This document shows, in pieces, positions 40,088 to 53,107 of a stretch of 64,000 nucleotides of DNA. The notes beneath the pieces are model-generated. The model saw only the letters and a list, made by a program, of their open reading frames with translations, was not told the DNA's origin and ran no database searches. Made by a program: the position numbers and the translations under genes. Source of the stretch: Octopus vulgaris (taxonomy: Eukaryota); the NCBI GenBank assembly GCA_951406725.2, contig OX597819.1, positions 17,856,001 to 17,920,000 on the forward strand, read 5' to 3'. Each line of letters starts with the position of its first letter. Position 1 is the stretch's first letter.

Positions 40088-40146
40088 ATTTACGAACGCG
40101 TTTCTAGATTAGGAATATGAACTCCATGTCTTTCATCAGCGTAAAC
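40088..40146 (-). ncRNA. Type I hammerhead ribozyme, Penelope-type minimal form
   Basis: GUUUACG-CUGAUGA-stem II-GAAA-CGC-GUU-CGUAAAU. 7-bp stem I and palindromic ACGCGU at stem III. Confidence 0.8.
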
Positions 40147-40344
40147 CTCCTCTTAAATAGATTTTTCAAATGCTACGTACCTCTACATCCCGAGCAAGCG
40201 ACGTTGAAATAGTGGAAGAAAGCAAGCATAAGCTAAATCTATATAGACGATTGAATCCGCAATTCTCCCTCCAAAATTTTACCATGCGTATTACAAAAAT
40301 AATCCCTTAGAGATAGAACTATGGGTTGTCATAAGGAGTGAAAA

Positions 40345-42402
40345 TCCGAACTCCATTCTGACATCTACACTGAAATTATACACAATATCAACGAGGGAAC
40401 TGATTTGGGATTCATCTTCACCATAAAGTTTGAGGTCACCCATGAATAACATGTGGCTGACATTTTGTTGGCGGCTTTTAAATACATAACTAGCCTTTGC
40501 TTTCCTCAGAATCAATGTTAGTGGTATCATGCACAGTACAAAGATCAGTGGGAACAGGCAGTTGGAAGATGCCCCTCCTGATTTCTATTGTCTTTAAACT
40601 TCTTCCGTATACTGTCAGTTCCGTCCTCTATTTTGCCATACTTTTTCCAAACAATTGCTCAACATTCGATGCAATACCAAATAGGTTCATGCATACCATA
40701 ATCCAAGAATGTGGGATCATATCGCAAGCTTTACGATAATCGAACCATGACATGGCTAAGTTACTTTTCCTCTTCTTGCAGCCTCTAAGTACAGTTTTGT
40801 CTACCAGGAGTTGACCCCTGGTACGTCTGCACTTTCGCCTGCAGCCCTTCTGTTTATGTGGCAAGACTCCATTTTTTCCAGATGTCAGTACATTGATTTT
40901 GTGACTATTCCAGGCAATAATTTCTGCATAAGCAGGATATCGGCCTCTAATTGTCTACCGTATTGCCTTTTTCGATGTTTTCCAAGCAGAGCACTCTCCT
41001 ACCCATTGTCAACCACTCTGGTATACCTCGGTCGGCATTTAACAAGGTGTGCAGCTCTTCGTGTATGACATTCGCGAAATCTTTTGATCCAGTAGCTTTC
41101 AATTCCGCCTGGTCCCGGGCCCTCCAGTTGCCCATTTTTTGCTGATTTCTTTCACTTCCCTAACTGAAATGACTAGTTTTGCCTGTTTTGGACAGGCTAC
41201 TGTTTGTTTCAGTTCTTGCAACCATTCAGCAACCATCTTGTGCCCCTTGTTTTTGTTCCAGTTATCACTCCAAAACCTTTGACTTTCAATGTTGTCTGGT
41301 ATCAACTTTTCATTTGTACATCCTCCATTTATTTCTTTGTAGAATCTCTTCTGATTTACTCTGAAGAACCTATTCTGCTGGTAATCCTCCATTCTTTTAT
41401 CGTATCTTACCATCTTTGTCTTCTTTGCAACGAGGCGCTTTTTCGGTTTTCCCATTGATACATTCAGGCTCTTTCTTTCAATATCATGCTTCCTGTTCAG
41501 TGCCCTGTATTTTTACTCGCTTTTAAGCTTCCCCTTCTCTTTTCGGTCTAACACAGAAATGTCTTTCCAAGACATATCTAACCTCGCTTGCATTCTTCTT
41601 TGATATCAACACCCATATTTTCTGCTACAACAATACGTGCTTCCCTGACCAACTTATTTGTTTTTGTGATGTTTTTTGTTCTGATGTATTTCAGAATTTC
41701 ATTCACATTTTCCTTATCTTGGTGCAATTTCCACCATCCAACCTTTTTAAGGTTGCAAATAATGTCGCTATCGTTCTCCTGTAGACTTTCCTTTATTCTG
41801 TCGAAGATTGTCTTTTTCCCATCTATTATATCACCATTAGTTTTATTGTCTTCTTCCAAACCATCTATCACTGATCCTTTCCTGTGGTTTATTAGCTATT
41901 CCGCTTCTGTTTTCAGATTTGAGATTTCTTTTATCAGTAAGAACTGTATTTTCATCGTTTCCACTGCTACTGTTTTCCAATACTCGCCTTTTGATAGCTT
42001 CGAGCTCTACTTCTCTAAACCAACGATTATTTCTTATTGTTCTCGCTTGATCATATAATCTCTGTTCTGTGAGTTGAAACAATCTTGTATCTCTCCATTG
42101 ATCATATATACGTTGTCAGTATCCCTTAAAATGAACACCATTTTCGTGTACGGGGTTGCTCAGCCAGTAACACTCCATGAATACAGCATTGATTTGTTTG
42201 TTCCACCTACGCCGTGTGTACTGGCCCCTTGCTAGAAAACGACTGGCCGGATACGGACCAGTATTTCTGAGCCTGCCGGGTGTAACACTGTCAACATATG
42301 AGGTAGCGATCATCAGGTTGCGCAATTACCAGTGTTTTTATTGTGACACCATCACTAGATGTATCAGTAATCAGAGCATAGGACGATTCCAACAACTTCC
42401 TT

Positions 42403-42403
<1 letters not shown>
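40345..42403 (-). pseudogene. Dong/R4-type LINE, 5' end through RT, decayed and 3'-truncated
   Basis: RRRWNKQIN..MECY, LTEQRLYDQARTI, PEWLTMGR, QKGCRR, WFDYRKACDMIPHSWI, HMLFMGDLKLYG, MEFG. The 5' end abuts (AAT)n at 42405-42476. Confidence 0.9.
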
Positions 42404-42476
<73 letters not shown>

Positions 42477-43055
42477 GTTTTATTATTTCTCATTGTCGAT
42501 ATTTCCTCTGATCCGACATGAGTTTTGGCTAAATTAGTACTATTGTCATTCTTATCATTATGGCTATTATTACCATCATTATTATGAATTCCATTTATTA
42601 TCAAAAGTTATAATTAAATGCTGTTTAGTTTCAACTTTTGTCTTGTATTTGGGATAATCATAAATATGTGAGGGCTTAAGGGTAAAGTAGGAGCAAAAGA
42701 AACAGCTTGGTGAACAGATTGAATTCCACAGGCCTATAAATAGATTTGACAGACGGTGAAGAAATCAGAAATGGGCTGATCTCTTCACTGTTCAATAAGG
42801 ATAAAAAATGCGGCCTCACACTCTTGGGGTCAGCGCAGGTTGTTTACTACTACTAGAGATCAATGTGAGGTCTGGCCTTCGCCTTGAAAATAACCAATTC
42901 ACCTTGTTCAACTTTTAATTACTGATAGACAAAAAATGCCTTTATATATACTTACTGATATCCACCTCGTTGAATTTTTGAATTTCTGAATTTTTTTCTT
43001 TAAAATTTTTCATTTTCTTCGTATTATTATTATCATTATTCAGTATATATATATA

Positions 43056-43437
43056 GGCGCAGGCGAAGCTGTATGAAATAAACTTGATTCCCAGCGACAA
43101 GGTCTCAATCCCGCTGCGCGGCACTTGCGTCAAGTATCTACTACTATAGCTTCGAGTCAACCAAAACCTTGTGAGTGGATTTAGTTGACGGAAACTGAAA
43201 GACGCCCGTCGTATATATATGTATATATGTATGTGTGTGTCGTCGTGTCTGTGTTTGTTTCCCCCACCATCACTTGACAACGGTTGTTAGTGTGTTTACG
43301 TCCCCCAAGCTTAGCGGTTCTGCAGAAGAGAAGGATAGAATAAGTTCCAGGCTTACAAAGAATATGTCCAGGGATCTACTTTTTCGATTAAAAGCCGGTG
43401 TCCAGCACGACCCCAGTGAAATAGTTGAAACAAGTAA
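43056..43437 (+). mobile_element. SINE family B
   Basis: Collinear with 19801-20210. Confidence 0.85.
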
Positions 43438-43440
43438 ACG

Positions 43441-43487
<47 letters not shown>

Positions 43488-43488
<1 letters not shown>

Positions 43489-43751
43489 GAAAGTTTACGA
43501 AAATAAACAAACGACCAAAGCAGGTGGAGTACAAACAAACAAATGTATTAGTATAGCGCTCAGGAATAGAAAAAGTCTTTTACGTTTCGAGCCTACGCTC
43601 TTCGACAGAAAGATACACAGAAAAAAAAGGAGAGAGAAAATGCGTGTAGGAGCTAACGATCTATCATGACTTCGGACAGTGGTCAGACGCGAGAGGGACA
43701 GTATGGGAGATAACAGGGTCAAGTGACTTCCAATACGAAGGTGCCCCCAAC
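43488..43751 (-). mobile_element. Family C element, best-preserved motif (43576-43613)
   Basis: UCUUU-CUGUCGA-A-GAGC GUAG GCUC-GAAAC-GUA-AAAGA. (TA)n on both sides. Confidence 0.8.
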
Positions 43752-43830
43752 ATATATATATATATATATATAAATATACATAAATATATATATGTGTGTG
43801 TGTGTATGTATATACACATATATATAAGCA

Positions 43831-43876
<46 letters not shown>

Positions 43877-44168
43877 ATTAAGTATGTATATATGAATCTA
43901 TCTATCTATCTATCTATCTATCTATTTATCTATCTATCTGTACATACATATATATTCTTTATATGCTACCACCAAAAGTGGTCAGCACGATTCTTCGGAA
44001 TTGGTCTGTGCAAGTAATTCCCTGAGCCAAATACATGACGCAGTTCAACAGCAGGAAGCAGAACAGCACCAAGAACAACATCTCTGGCGATGTAGACAAT
44101 GGCAAAAACAAACACAATAAGCGAGAGGGAGAGGGGGGGAGAGATAGAGAAAGTGATATAGAGGGAGT

Positions 44169-44199
<31 letters not shown>

Positions 44200-44566
44200 C
44201 AAAAGAATGAGAGACTCAGTAAGAAAGACAGCAGCAAGATCAACAACATTAACACTCCTGCCAACAATACAAAGGAATCTATGAGGCGAACGCCGGTTGA
44301 GGAGGCCATTTTCGTCTATTTCTTCTTCCTTCCTGTTGACCCTTGTCAATCTCAAGTCAAACGGAAATTATAACATTAGCAACATTCATAGAAATATATC
44401 TACTATGAAATATTTGGTATTTATAACTCTAGTGTTGGGGGATATTTTCATTCCGACAATAGAGTGGTAAAAGCTTCGCAGTGAAGATGTGATAATGAAG
44501 GCCTGCTACATACACAGCAGCAAATCTGTAGCTTTCGCAAGTGTTAGTATCAATAAGTATCAATAA

Positions 44567-44691
<125 letters not shown>

Positions 44692-45270
44692 CATATTCAA
44701 ATATATGTACATATATATAAATATATACACATATATACATGTGCATGTATGTACGTATATGTATGTGTATATATATATTTATATATATATTTAATTGACT
44801 CAAACTCCCTCTCTTTCCATCTCCATGTACAGTGTCTATATATATATATACTATATACAATATATATATATATACATAGGTATATATGTCTGTATGTAGA
44901 TATACATGTGTGTGTATGTTGGTATTATTGCTGAGGCTATGCAACATAATAATATCGATAGATTTTAACCAACGGATCCTTTCTGCGCAGGTGTATAATC
45001 GATGTCTGTATACACATTACATTTTCCAGCCGGAAGGGACGGATAAACCGGTCGATTTTCAATACTGTGTGAGGATTACACTTATGACCGAATATCTTTC
45101 GATCCGTCCAAGAAATTAGCATTTCAAATCACACTCTTACAAATGAATTAAGTGAATTTTGTGAACCATATTTTCATAATAAAACACATTTTTAGCAAGC
45201 CAATTCGAATGAATCTAGCGCGTGGGATCCTTAAGTTTTCTCCGCAAAAATATTATCTATACAGATAAAA

Positions 45271-45499
45271 GCGTCGAGCTGGCAGAAACGTTAGCACGCC
45301 GGGCGAAATACATGGCCGTATTTCATCTCCCGTTACGTTCTGAGTTCAAATTCCGCCGAGGTCGACTTTGCCTTTCATCATTTCGGGGTCGATAAATTAA
45401 GTACCAGTTACGCACTGGAGTCGATATAATCGACTTAATCCGTTTGTCTGTCTTTGTTTGTCCCCTCTGTGTTTAGCACCTTGTAGGTAATAAAGAAAT
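45271..45499 (+). mobile_element. SINE family A, full length, about 19-bp TSD
   Basis: TSD aaatattatctata(c/t)agat at 45248-45266 and 45500-45518. Confidence 0.93.
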
Positions 45500-45999
45500 A
45501 AATATTATCTATATAGATGAGTTAGGTTCATCTTTATATGCGTATTCAACTAATAATAAATAGATTTTTTATGTTGGAGAACATAGTACAGTTGAAACAC
45601 ATCAGTGACTTTATAATCCATCCAATAACTACAGCCCATTTATCTCTGACTCACAAACTGCCTCTCCCAAATCATAAATCTAACTATACGATGACGGTTT
45701 TATCCTTGCGAACGGTTTCCTTCTTAAATTATTTGGTATTTATAACTATATTTATAAATGTAACATGGCTTCTCACAAATACCAAACATGGATCTGCAGT
45801 TGTTCTATATGAACCAAGATTACATGGGTTGTTCGATTTGAAAACAAACATTGAGAGAAAGACTCATTATACCCGTAGAAAGTAGATATTCCTGAAGCTA
45901 AAGAATTCCAAAGACATTGATGGGAAGTGTGGCCTTTTCTGGACTTATAACAGATACAACACTTCTTATCTAGTACGAACAGTATAAAGATTTTAGATA

Positions 46000-46320
46000 G
46001 GTGCAGGAGTGGCTGTGTGGGCAAGTGTCTTCTACTATAGCCTCGGACCGACCAAAGACTTGTTAGTGGAATTGGTAGACGGAAACTGAAAGAAGCCCGT
46101 CGTATACATGTATATATATATACGTATGTGTGTATATGTTAGTGTGTCTGTGTTTGTCCCTCAACATCGCTTGATAACCGATGCTGGTGTATTTACGTCC
46201 CTGTAACATAGCGGTTCGATAAAGAGCCCGATAGAATAAGTCCTGGTGTTGATTTACTCGACAAAAAGCGGTGCTCCAGTATAGCCGCAGTGAGATGACT
46301 GAAAAAAGTAAAAGAAAAAA
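46000..46320 (+). mobile_element. SINE family B with the B-box region deleted
   Basis: ggagtggctgtgtgg joins directly to gcaagtgtcttc. Confidence 0.88.
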
Positions 46321-47039
46321 GAAAGATTCTATTTCCGGAAAGAGATAATGATGTCTCAAACATTTCACTCTGAGACAGAACATGACAATTGTTCCATAAC
46401 ACTAATTCTCAGCAACTGTCTCAAAAGATCTGGAAGAGACAACCGTCCGTTGATGTCATGAGACCGTCGAGAATGACTTCCCCACAGCGGAGAGCCATAC
46501 GAAAGGTACACCAGAAACAGGTCTAAAGATGATGGGTCAGATCTCGTTTCATTGGGCAGGAAACAATTCCAACACTTTTTTAGGGACCAGCATTCCAGCA
46601 GATCTGAATACTTCGTAAATAAACTAGTGAGCAATAAAACGCCGAAACTGAAATAATGAGTAATTAATGATTCATATATCCAGACGACAGATTTGGAATT
46701 GTTTTCGAATTATTGTAGTTGTACCGGTGAACTTAACAATATATTAACTTAAATCTCTACAAGCAAAAACAAAAAAAACCATCGAAAAAACAGAAAGCAT
46801 ATGAAACGGAAGTTGAGTCGAAACTTCCAAAGTCCAAATATAATCGATGGGTGGTACTCTGAAATTTTCTAATATATACCAGAGGTCCTTCTTTAGATGA
46901 ACGTAGGACGAACAGATTTCTCAATGTTATACAGCCGAAAAGGAATACATACATATAAACACTTATTAATCCCAAGTATCATATTTCTCTAGTAGAATGG
47001 CATGCACACTACACCAGTGCAAGTTTATTCACACACAAA

Positions 47040-47117
<78 letters not shown>

Positions 47118-47122
47118 AATTA

Positions 47123-48326
47123 CACTGGTCAACAATAAAAAGTAAGTTTTGAAATGGTGTTGAGACACCAAACATTTTTTTAGCTAATTTGAAGGCGCTG
47201 AATCTGAAAATGACCTTATTTTTCTGTTTAGCTACCGTTTTTGCTGTACAGAATTGCCTTCTTTTGGGGTAAAAAAAGCATTTTTTCTTGTTTTCTGTAT
47301 ATTTGATATTAATCGATGACAATATTTCTGAATGTAAAGTCGTAGAGACCTCTCAATTTGTATTTAAGCCAATAAATATTAGTATGCTTATTGAGAAATA
47401 CTGTTTTCCTCAAATCATTAAATAAACTGACAACAGAAATAAAACATTTGTGAACATAAGAACCATGGTAAAAAATTTCTCTTTCTTGATTGTCTATCAG
47501 GTTCAATGTTATTTAAGTCCCTTTTCATACTCCAGCAGTAGTCGGCCACCATTTGATTGTCCTACCGTTCCTGGAAGAGCTCTTCCATTGTTTTGATATC
47601 CTGGTGGAATCGTTCTCCTTGCTCGTCCCTCACATCGGCACAATTATCCGGAAATTTATCTAGATGGCTACCTAAAAAAATTAGCCTTAATATTAGTGCA
47701 TATGACCTGTAGACTTTTCAACAGCTTTTCCACTAACTCCTTGTAGTTTTCGGCCCGGCGATTGCTTAAGAAGGTTTCCACCACGTCAACAAAAGCTAAG
47801 TGCATAATCCCAAGTCTTTCATTGAATTATCAAATTCATCCTCCTTAATGAGTTTCCTGAGATCGGGACCATCAAACACACCTGCTTTGAGTTTTTCGGT
47901 GCTAAGACCTGGAAATGATTTACATATATATTCAAAACATTTACTGTCCTTGTCAAGTGATTTTACATACTGCTTCATTAATCCCTATTTGATATGCAAG
48001 GGAAATTTGGAAAATTTCGGAAATTCTATTTTAAAAGTTTTGACTCAAAAACACTTATTTTCTTATTAAGATGGTTTATTTCATGTGGCTGACATAAATT
48101 GCTCGACCTACCTGAAAATTTATGGGTTTCTACTATCTTTTTAAACTAAAGGTTGTGATCAGCCAATATCGTAAATTGTTTTTTTTTATACAAAGATGAG
48201 CAATTTCAGTACGATAAAACGGTAGCTAACCATGAAAACCTAACGTCATTTTCGCAATCAGCACCATCAATTTAGCTAAAAAAAACGTATTTTGTTTCTT
48301 GCCACCAACAATCCTGTTGACCAGTG
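47123..48326 (-). mobile_element. Chapaev3-type (CMC) DNA transposon, internally deleted
   Basis: TIRs cactggtcaaca / tgttgaccagtg with longer subterminal inverted similarity, and a TTA TSD on both sides. Transposase relic LHIK*GLMKQYVK..KAGVFDGPD..EQGERFHQDI..ADYCW at about 47515-48000. Confidence 0.85.
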
Positions 48327-48355
48327 TTATTTGGTAGATACTATATATGTTTTTA

Positions 48356-48412
48356 TGTGCTACTAGTAGTTTCATATGTTGAGAAATACCTCAAACATAT
48401 TCATCTAGCACA
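48356..48412 (-). ncRNA. Hammerhead motif with mutated core, inverted partner of 48645-48700
   Basis: UGUGC-UAGAUGA-AUAUG..CAUAU-GAAA-CUACUA-GUA-GCACA. Confidence 0.6.
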
Positions 48413-48644
48413 AATCCAATTTTGCAAAATTGCAAAATGCCGCCTATACCTGATTAACTTATTGATGCCTTTCCAGCCTTAGAATTTAAGGTCGAAGGAG
48501 GACAACTCCTTTTACCTTGTTTACGTTTCACTTTTTCTTGTTGGTTTTTCCGTTTTTTAACCTTCCACGTTTTCTATATGCTCCCTTCTCAACTTTTCGC
48601 GTTTCTTCTCTCATCAATTTTTTAGTTCGTAGTGATATAATGTT

Positions 48645-48700
48645 TGTGCCTGATGAATATGGTGAGGCACTTTTCAACATATGAAACTATTAGTAGCACA
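48645..48700 (+). ncRNA. Type I hammerhead ribozyme, canonical core
   Basis: UGUGC-CUGAUGA-AUAUG GUGA..UCA ACAUAU-GAAA-CUAUUA-GUA-GCACA. Predicted cut after 48695. Confidence 0.85.
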
Positions 48701-48712
48701 TAAAAACATGTA

Positions 48713-48848
48713 CGGTAATACCTCACTTTACGGGGACCAGCTTTACGAGACACCTGATTTACGAGTTTTTGCGAGTTTTCTTTTTACGGGTCTTCGCTTT
48801 ACGAGCGTTCTCCGAGAACGAACAAACTCGTACATCAAGACATTACTG
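48713..48848. mobile_element. pogo/Tigger-like MITE
   Basis: TA-cggtaatacctcactttacg ... cgtacatcaagacattactg-TA, imperfect TIRs. Confidence 0.6.
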
Positions 48849-48929
48849 TATCGTGTTTATTAAATAATATTTATCTATTACCAGATGAAATACTATTTTG
48901 TTGATCTTTCCATCACGGAACAGTGCATC

Positions 48930-48988
<59 letters not shown>

Positions 48989-49009
48989 GTACGTGTGTAT
49001 ATGTGCGTG

Positions 49010-49215
49010 AGTATTTGTGTCTGGCTTTATCCCTCTACCGATGTTGGTGTGTTTATGTCACTGTATCTTACCGGTGCGGCAAAAAACCCCGATAAAGTAA
49101 GTAGTTGATTTAAACAAGATAAAAAAGTACTGGGGTCTATTCTTTCGACTAAAATTCTTCAAGACTGTGACACAGCATGGCCGCAGTCTAATGACTGCAA
49201 CAAGAAAAAGAAAGA
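49010..49215 (+). mobile_element. SINE family B, 3' half
   Basis: accgatgttggtgtgttt...cagcatggccgcagtctaatgactg. Confidence 0.75.
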
Positions 49216-49406
49216 CAGAATATATAGGCAAACGTCTGATACACACTGGACGCAATTGATACCATTTCTACCCAACGTACGTTTCACCATTATAATTATT
49301 TGTAATTTCTGAAGTGCAGTGTGAGGTTCAAAATTCAATTGGACGCTTATGATGACACCGTTCTTCAAGGGAAGAGAAATTATTACTTTAAATTTTCACT
49401 AGTCAT

Positions 49407-49471
<65 letters not shown>

Positions 49472-50591
49472 TGTATGTGTGTACACATGTGCACACTGAC
49501 TATCTCACATATCCGCAGAGCTTAAGAAAAAAGTTTCGACTTTGAAGAAAGACCATTTCCACATTGTTAGTAATTGGTCTGATAAATCTCAAAGGCTACG
49601 AAACGTATAAATCTCGAAATAATGGCACATATACAAATGATAGAATTTGTAAATCAAAATAGAACATGAACAACAGTCTACATTATTTAAACTGAACTAT
49701 TTTGTAATTTTGTTTGAAGTTACTCCTCGCTTGTATGATCTTAGAGGCAACTATTTTTTCTTTCTCTATTTCGAGGTTCGTTATATACATCAAATTTGGA
49801 TCTAGCTTCTGCGAGTGGCTATAATATCAATTTATTAGACACTATACATACTTTCATTCGAACCATGTGCATTTGCTAACTGTCCGTTTTGTTTGAATAA
49901 ATGAAACATAGTTAAGTTATATTTAAGGAATTTTAACAGTTTAGCTATCATATGACTCATCAGAAGTGCTGGAACAGTTATCACAAGCCCAAGCAATTTC
50001 GACTGACTAGAAAGGTATGAGTGGTTAGCATATTGATCTTTGGAAAGAAAGAAACTTTAAAGATGTAAGACATAGAAAATCAAGAAAGGAAAATAAACAC
50101 ATCTGTAAAAAAAAATCTGAAGATATCAGACAGAGCCCCACAGCGTAAATACAGACATTAAGCGAATAAGAATTTCGTGGAAGAGCATATTGAAAGATTA
50201 GTGATAACACAGTTTAAAATTGAGCAGGATCATAGTCGGCCGATGAGATCGTATCGTGGAAATAACATAAGCAGACAATAGACACAGTAAGAAAATGGAT
50301 TTCGTTTTCATAATGAACATTAAAGGAACTTGAAATAAGAATGAATTAACGGCCTTTAAGATCGCAGTGGCATAATTACTTAAATATAGTGAAGGTAATC
50401 AGTGTACACACACACATACACACGCACGCACACACACAACACACACGCACGCACACATACATGCATGCATGCATATTCACACACACACACACACTAACAC
50501 ACACGCATACACGCACATAACACATACATACATACACATACACACTTCCACATGCACACGCAGATATATATATATATATTTAAACATTACA

Positions 50592-50940
50592 CTTTAACAG
50601 CTCGTGAGTATTGGTCATGTTTGGGTGCACCGTTATCTTTACTAGACCATCACTACTTGAAAGCATCTCTTCTAATGTGTGGCATTTGGTGAATGTAGGT
50701 GTTTGATGCTGCTGCCTTCATCTACGTTTCTTGGCAAGAGACAAGTTTTCATCCGAAGCACTTGACAGGGGGTGGGGAGATCCAGTTTTGTTTTGAAGAC
50801 GACTACATCCATACCCTGCAGGTCTCTCAAGCTCTTTAGGATGATACTGAAGATCTATGGACCCTTCAAACCTAAGCTGTTGGAGTATTTAGTTCTGTAT
50901 CTTAATGCCAATGTTGTGATCAGTGGCAGTTTGCAGTGGA
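50592..50940 (-). pseudogene. Older 3' fragment of the same APE-RT LINE family as 4364-8262
   Basis: RYRTKYSNSLGLKGP*IFSIILKSLRDLQGMDVVVFKTKLDL..MKAAASN..HQM matches RCRTRFCDSLGFRGPQLFNILPKNLRNLHGVDADVFKMKLDL..MRAAASNSLMHQM, and the tail is similar. Confidence 0.85.
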
Positions 50941-51024
50941 TCACACACACACATCTACATATATGTATATACATAATATATTCATACATATATATATATA
51001 TACAAACATACATACATACATACA

Positions 51025-51060
<36 letters not shown>

Positions 51061-51062
<2 letters not shown>

Positions 51063-51250
51063 GAAAATTCACGAATAAAAACAAAAGACGAAGACAGGTG
51101 GTGTAGAAAACAAACAGATGTATTAGTATAACGCTTAGGAATTGAAAATGTATTTAACGTTTCGAGCCTACGCTCTTCCACAGAGAGGAACACAGAAAGA
51201 AACAAGGAGAGAAGAAAAATGTATGTAGTAGCTACCGATCTATCATGGCG
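51061..51250 (-). mobile_element. Family C element (motif 51152-51187)
   Basis: CUGUGGA-A-GAGC GUAG GCUC-GAAAC-GUU. 3' end abuts (TA)n. Confidence 0.75.
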
Positions 51251-51381
51251 ACGATATCCTTTCGTAATCTAATAACATTGCCAGTTCTTGTTCAAATGAC
51301 TTCAAATTTTAACAGCATGTGTAGAAACAGGTTGAAGATTTACGTTTAATGTTTCATAATTTTATGTTTTTAGGTATAAAA

Positions 51382-51754
51382 ATGGCATTCACTGGAAGAG
51401 AAAAGGCGTTTTGCATGTCGGAGTATGCTCGAACAAAGTCAAACAAGACTGTGACCCGTGCGTGCATTTGTGAGAGAATTCTCTAAAAATTCACCAACGG
51501 CAATGCAGATTTGGACATAGCACAAAAAATTTCAAAGATGGACGCTTCCTGTGTAGGGCAAAAACGTCTGGACGGCCACTAACATCGGAACAGAATGTCG
51601 AGTGCGTTCGTCAACAGCTCTTGCGAAGTCACAAGAAGTCCATAAGAAGAAAAAGTCTGGAAACTGAGATTCCTCCAACGACAGTTTGGCGCGTCCTAAG
51701 GAAACGCTTGCTAATGAAACCATACAAGCTGCAACTCGTTCAGGCCATAACAGC
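51382..51754 (+). pseudogene. Tc1/mariner-type transposase N-terminal HTH relic
   Basis: MAFTGREKAFC..EYAR..S.KTV..F...SGRPLTSEQNVECVRQQLLRSHKKSIRRKSLETEIPPTTVWRVLRKRLLMKPYKLQLVQAI, with frameshifts. Confidence 0.8.
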
Positions 51755-51759
51755 TTCGT

Positions 51760-52800
51760 TCAAATGTGATAACCTGACATCTAATATCATATTTCAAGTT
51801 GATCAACACGCATCAGAGAAAGAGAAGATCAAGAAAGTGTTATAGACGTGTCATAATGGTTCTGAATACTGAACTGACTTCCCAGAATTGAATTGCAGCT
51901 ATAAACACCCTGGCGGTACCAGTTGTCCAGTATAGGCTTTATATCATCATTTGGAATCTGGGTGAACGCCAGCATATGGAATTAAAGGCCAGGAAACTGC
52001 TGACACTAAACATGATGCATCACACAGGCTCAGCCGTTCACAGGCTCCATTTTCCACGGAAGGAAGGTGCTGGGGAGCCTAATCCAGTTTGAAATGCCCT
52101 ATAAAACGACCGCGATAGGACTCCAAGTGTATTTTCAAAGTAACACCAACTGGATGATACGGCTGGCAAGGCAACATGAACAAATTAAGAAACTGCATTC
52201 AATGTCAAAGGGGGAAATATAAATACGGGGAAGAGCTTAACCTCTTTGATTATGCTGATGATAAAGAGGGCACACCACTCAATAAGACAATAAAAAAGTT
52301 TAAAATAAAAGCTAAGCAGGAAGTCTGGGGGCAAGTGAAACCATTGCATGGTCAATACTTTAAACGAGTTGGAAATCTCATATAGATATGAAAGAAGCCA
52401 TCTGTGGGTGCAGAGTACTGGCTTGAAAGCCAAAATAAAAGGATTTATTCTAGCGGCACAAGATCAGAGTCTCCTCATCCAGAAATATCACGATAATTCT
52501 GTAACGACAAGCTTAAGAGTATTGACCACATTGCTTCCGGTTGCTCAGTCCTTGCTCTTACAGAATATGAAACCAGGCACGATCCAGTCGTCCAATACTT
52601 GCGCTGGATGATATGCAGTCATTAAGATAATCCGCACCCTATGAACTGCTATGAACACCATTCAGAGTCTTAGCGAAGGAATTTGAAAACTGTCAAAATA
52701 TAAGGACTTTGAGATTGAGATATCTACGACGTGGCAGTTAAAAACCAAAACCATCCCTGTTGTTGTAGGTGCCCTGGGAATGATGAAGAAATTAACAAAT
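51760..52800 (+). pseudogene. Dong/R4-type LINE relic, C-terminal
   Basis: AINTLAVPVVQY, RKLLT, KPLHGQY, GLKAKIKGFILAAQDQSL, RHD, KTIPVVVGALGM. Confidence 0.8.
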
Positions 52801-52809
52801 TCTGTGACC

Positions 52810-53107
52810 AAATGGCCTAGTGGTTAAAGCAGCGGACTAGCGGTCGAGAGATCGCGGGTTCGAAGCTCAGACCAGGCGATGCGTGTGTTTATGAGCGAAA
52901 CACCTAAGCTCCACGCGGCTCCGGCAGAAGGTAATGGCGAACGTCTGCTGACTCTTTCGCCACAACTTTCTCTCACTCTTTTCTCCTGCATCTTGCAGCT
53001 CACCTGCGACAGACCGGCGTTCCGTCCAGGTGGGGAACCTATACGCCAAGGAAACCGGGAAACCGGCCCTTATGAGCCAGGTGTGGCTCGAGAAGGAACA
53101 AAAACAA
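52810..53107 (+). mobile_element. tRNA-derived SINE family G1
   Basis: A-box tggcctagtgg, B-box ggttcgaa, tail ending ggctcgagaaggaacaaaaacaa. Confidence 0.85.

Noticed and set aside
43960-44373. Possible host exon (112-129 aa ORFs)
   Set aside because: The ORFs depend on a (GA)n tract and show no domain or convincing splice sites.
46330-46640. Unique-looking sequence with an 89 aa minus-strand ORF
   Set aside because: No motif I can recognise, so it is left unassigned.
52810-52880. tRNA gene
   Set aside because: A and B boxes are present, but there is no closing acceptor stem and it continues into a SINE body.
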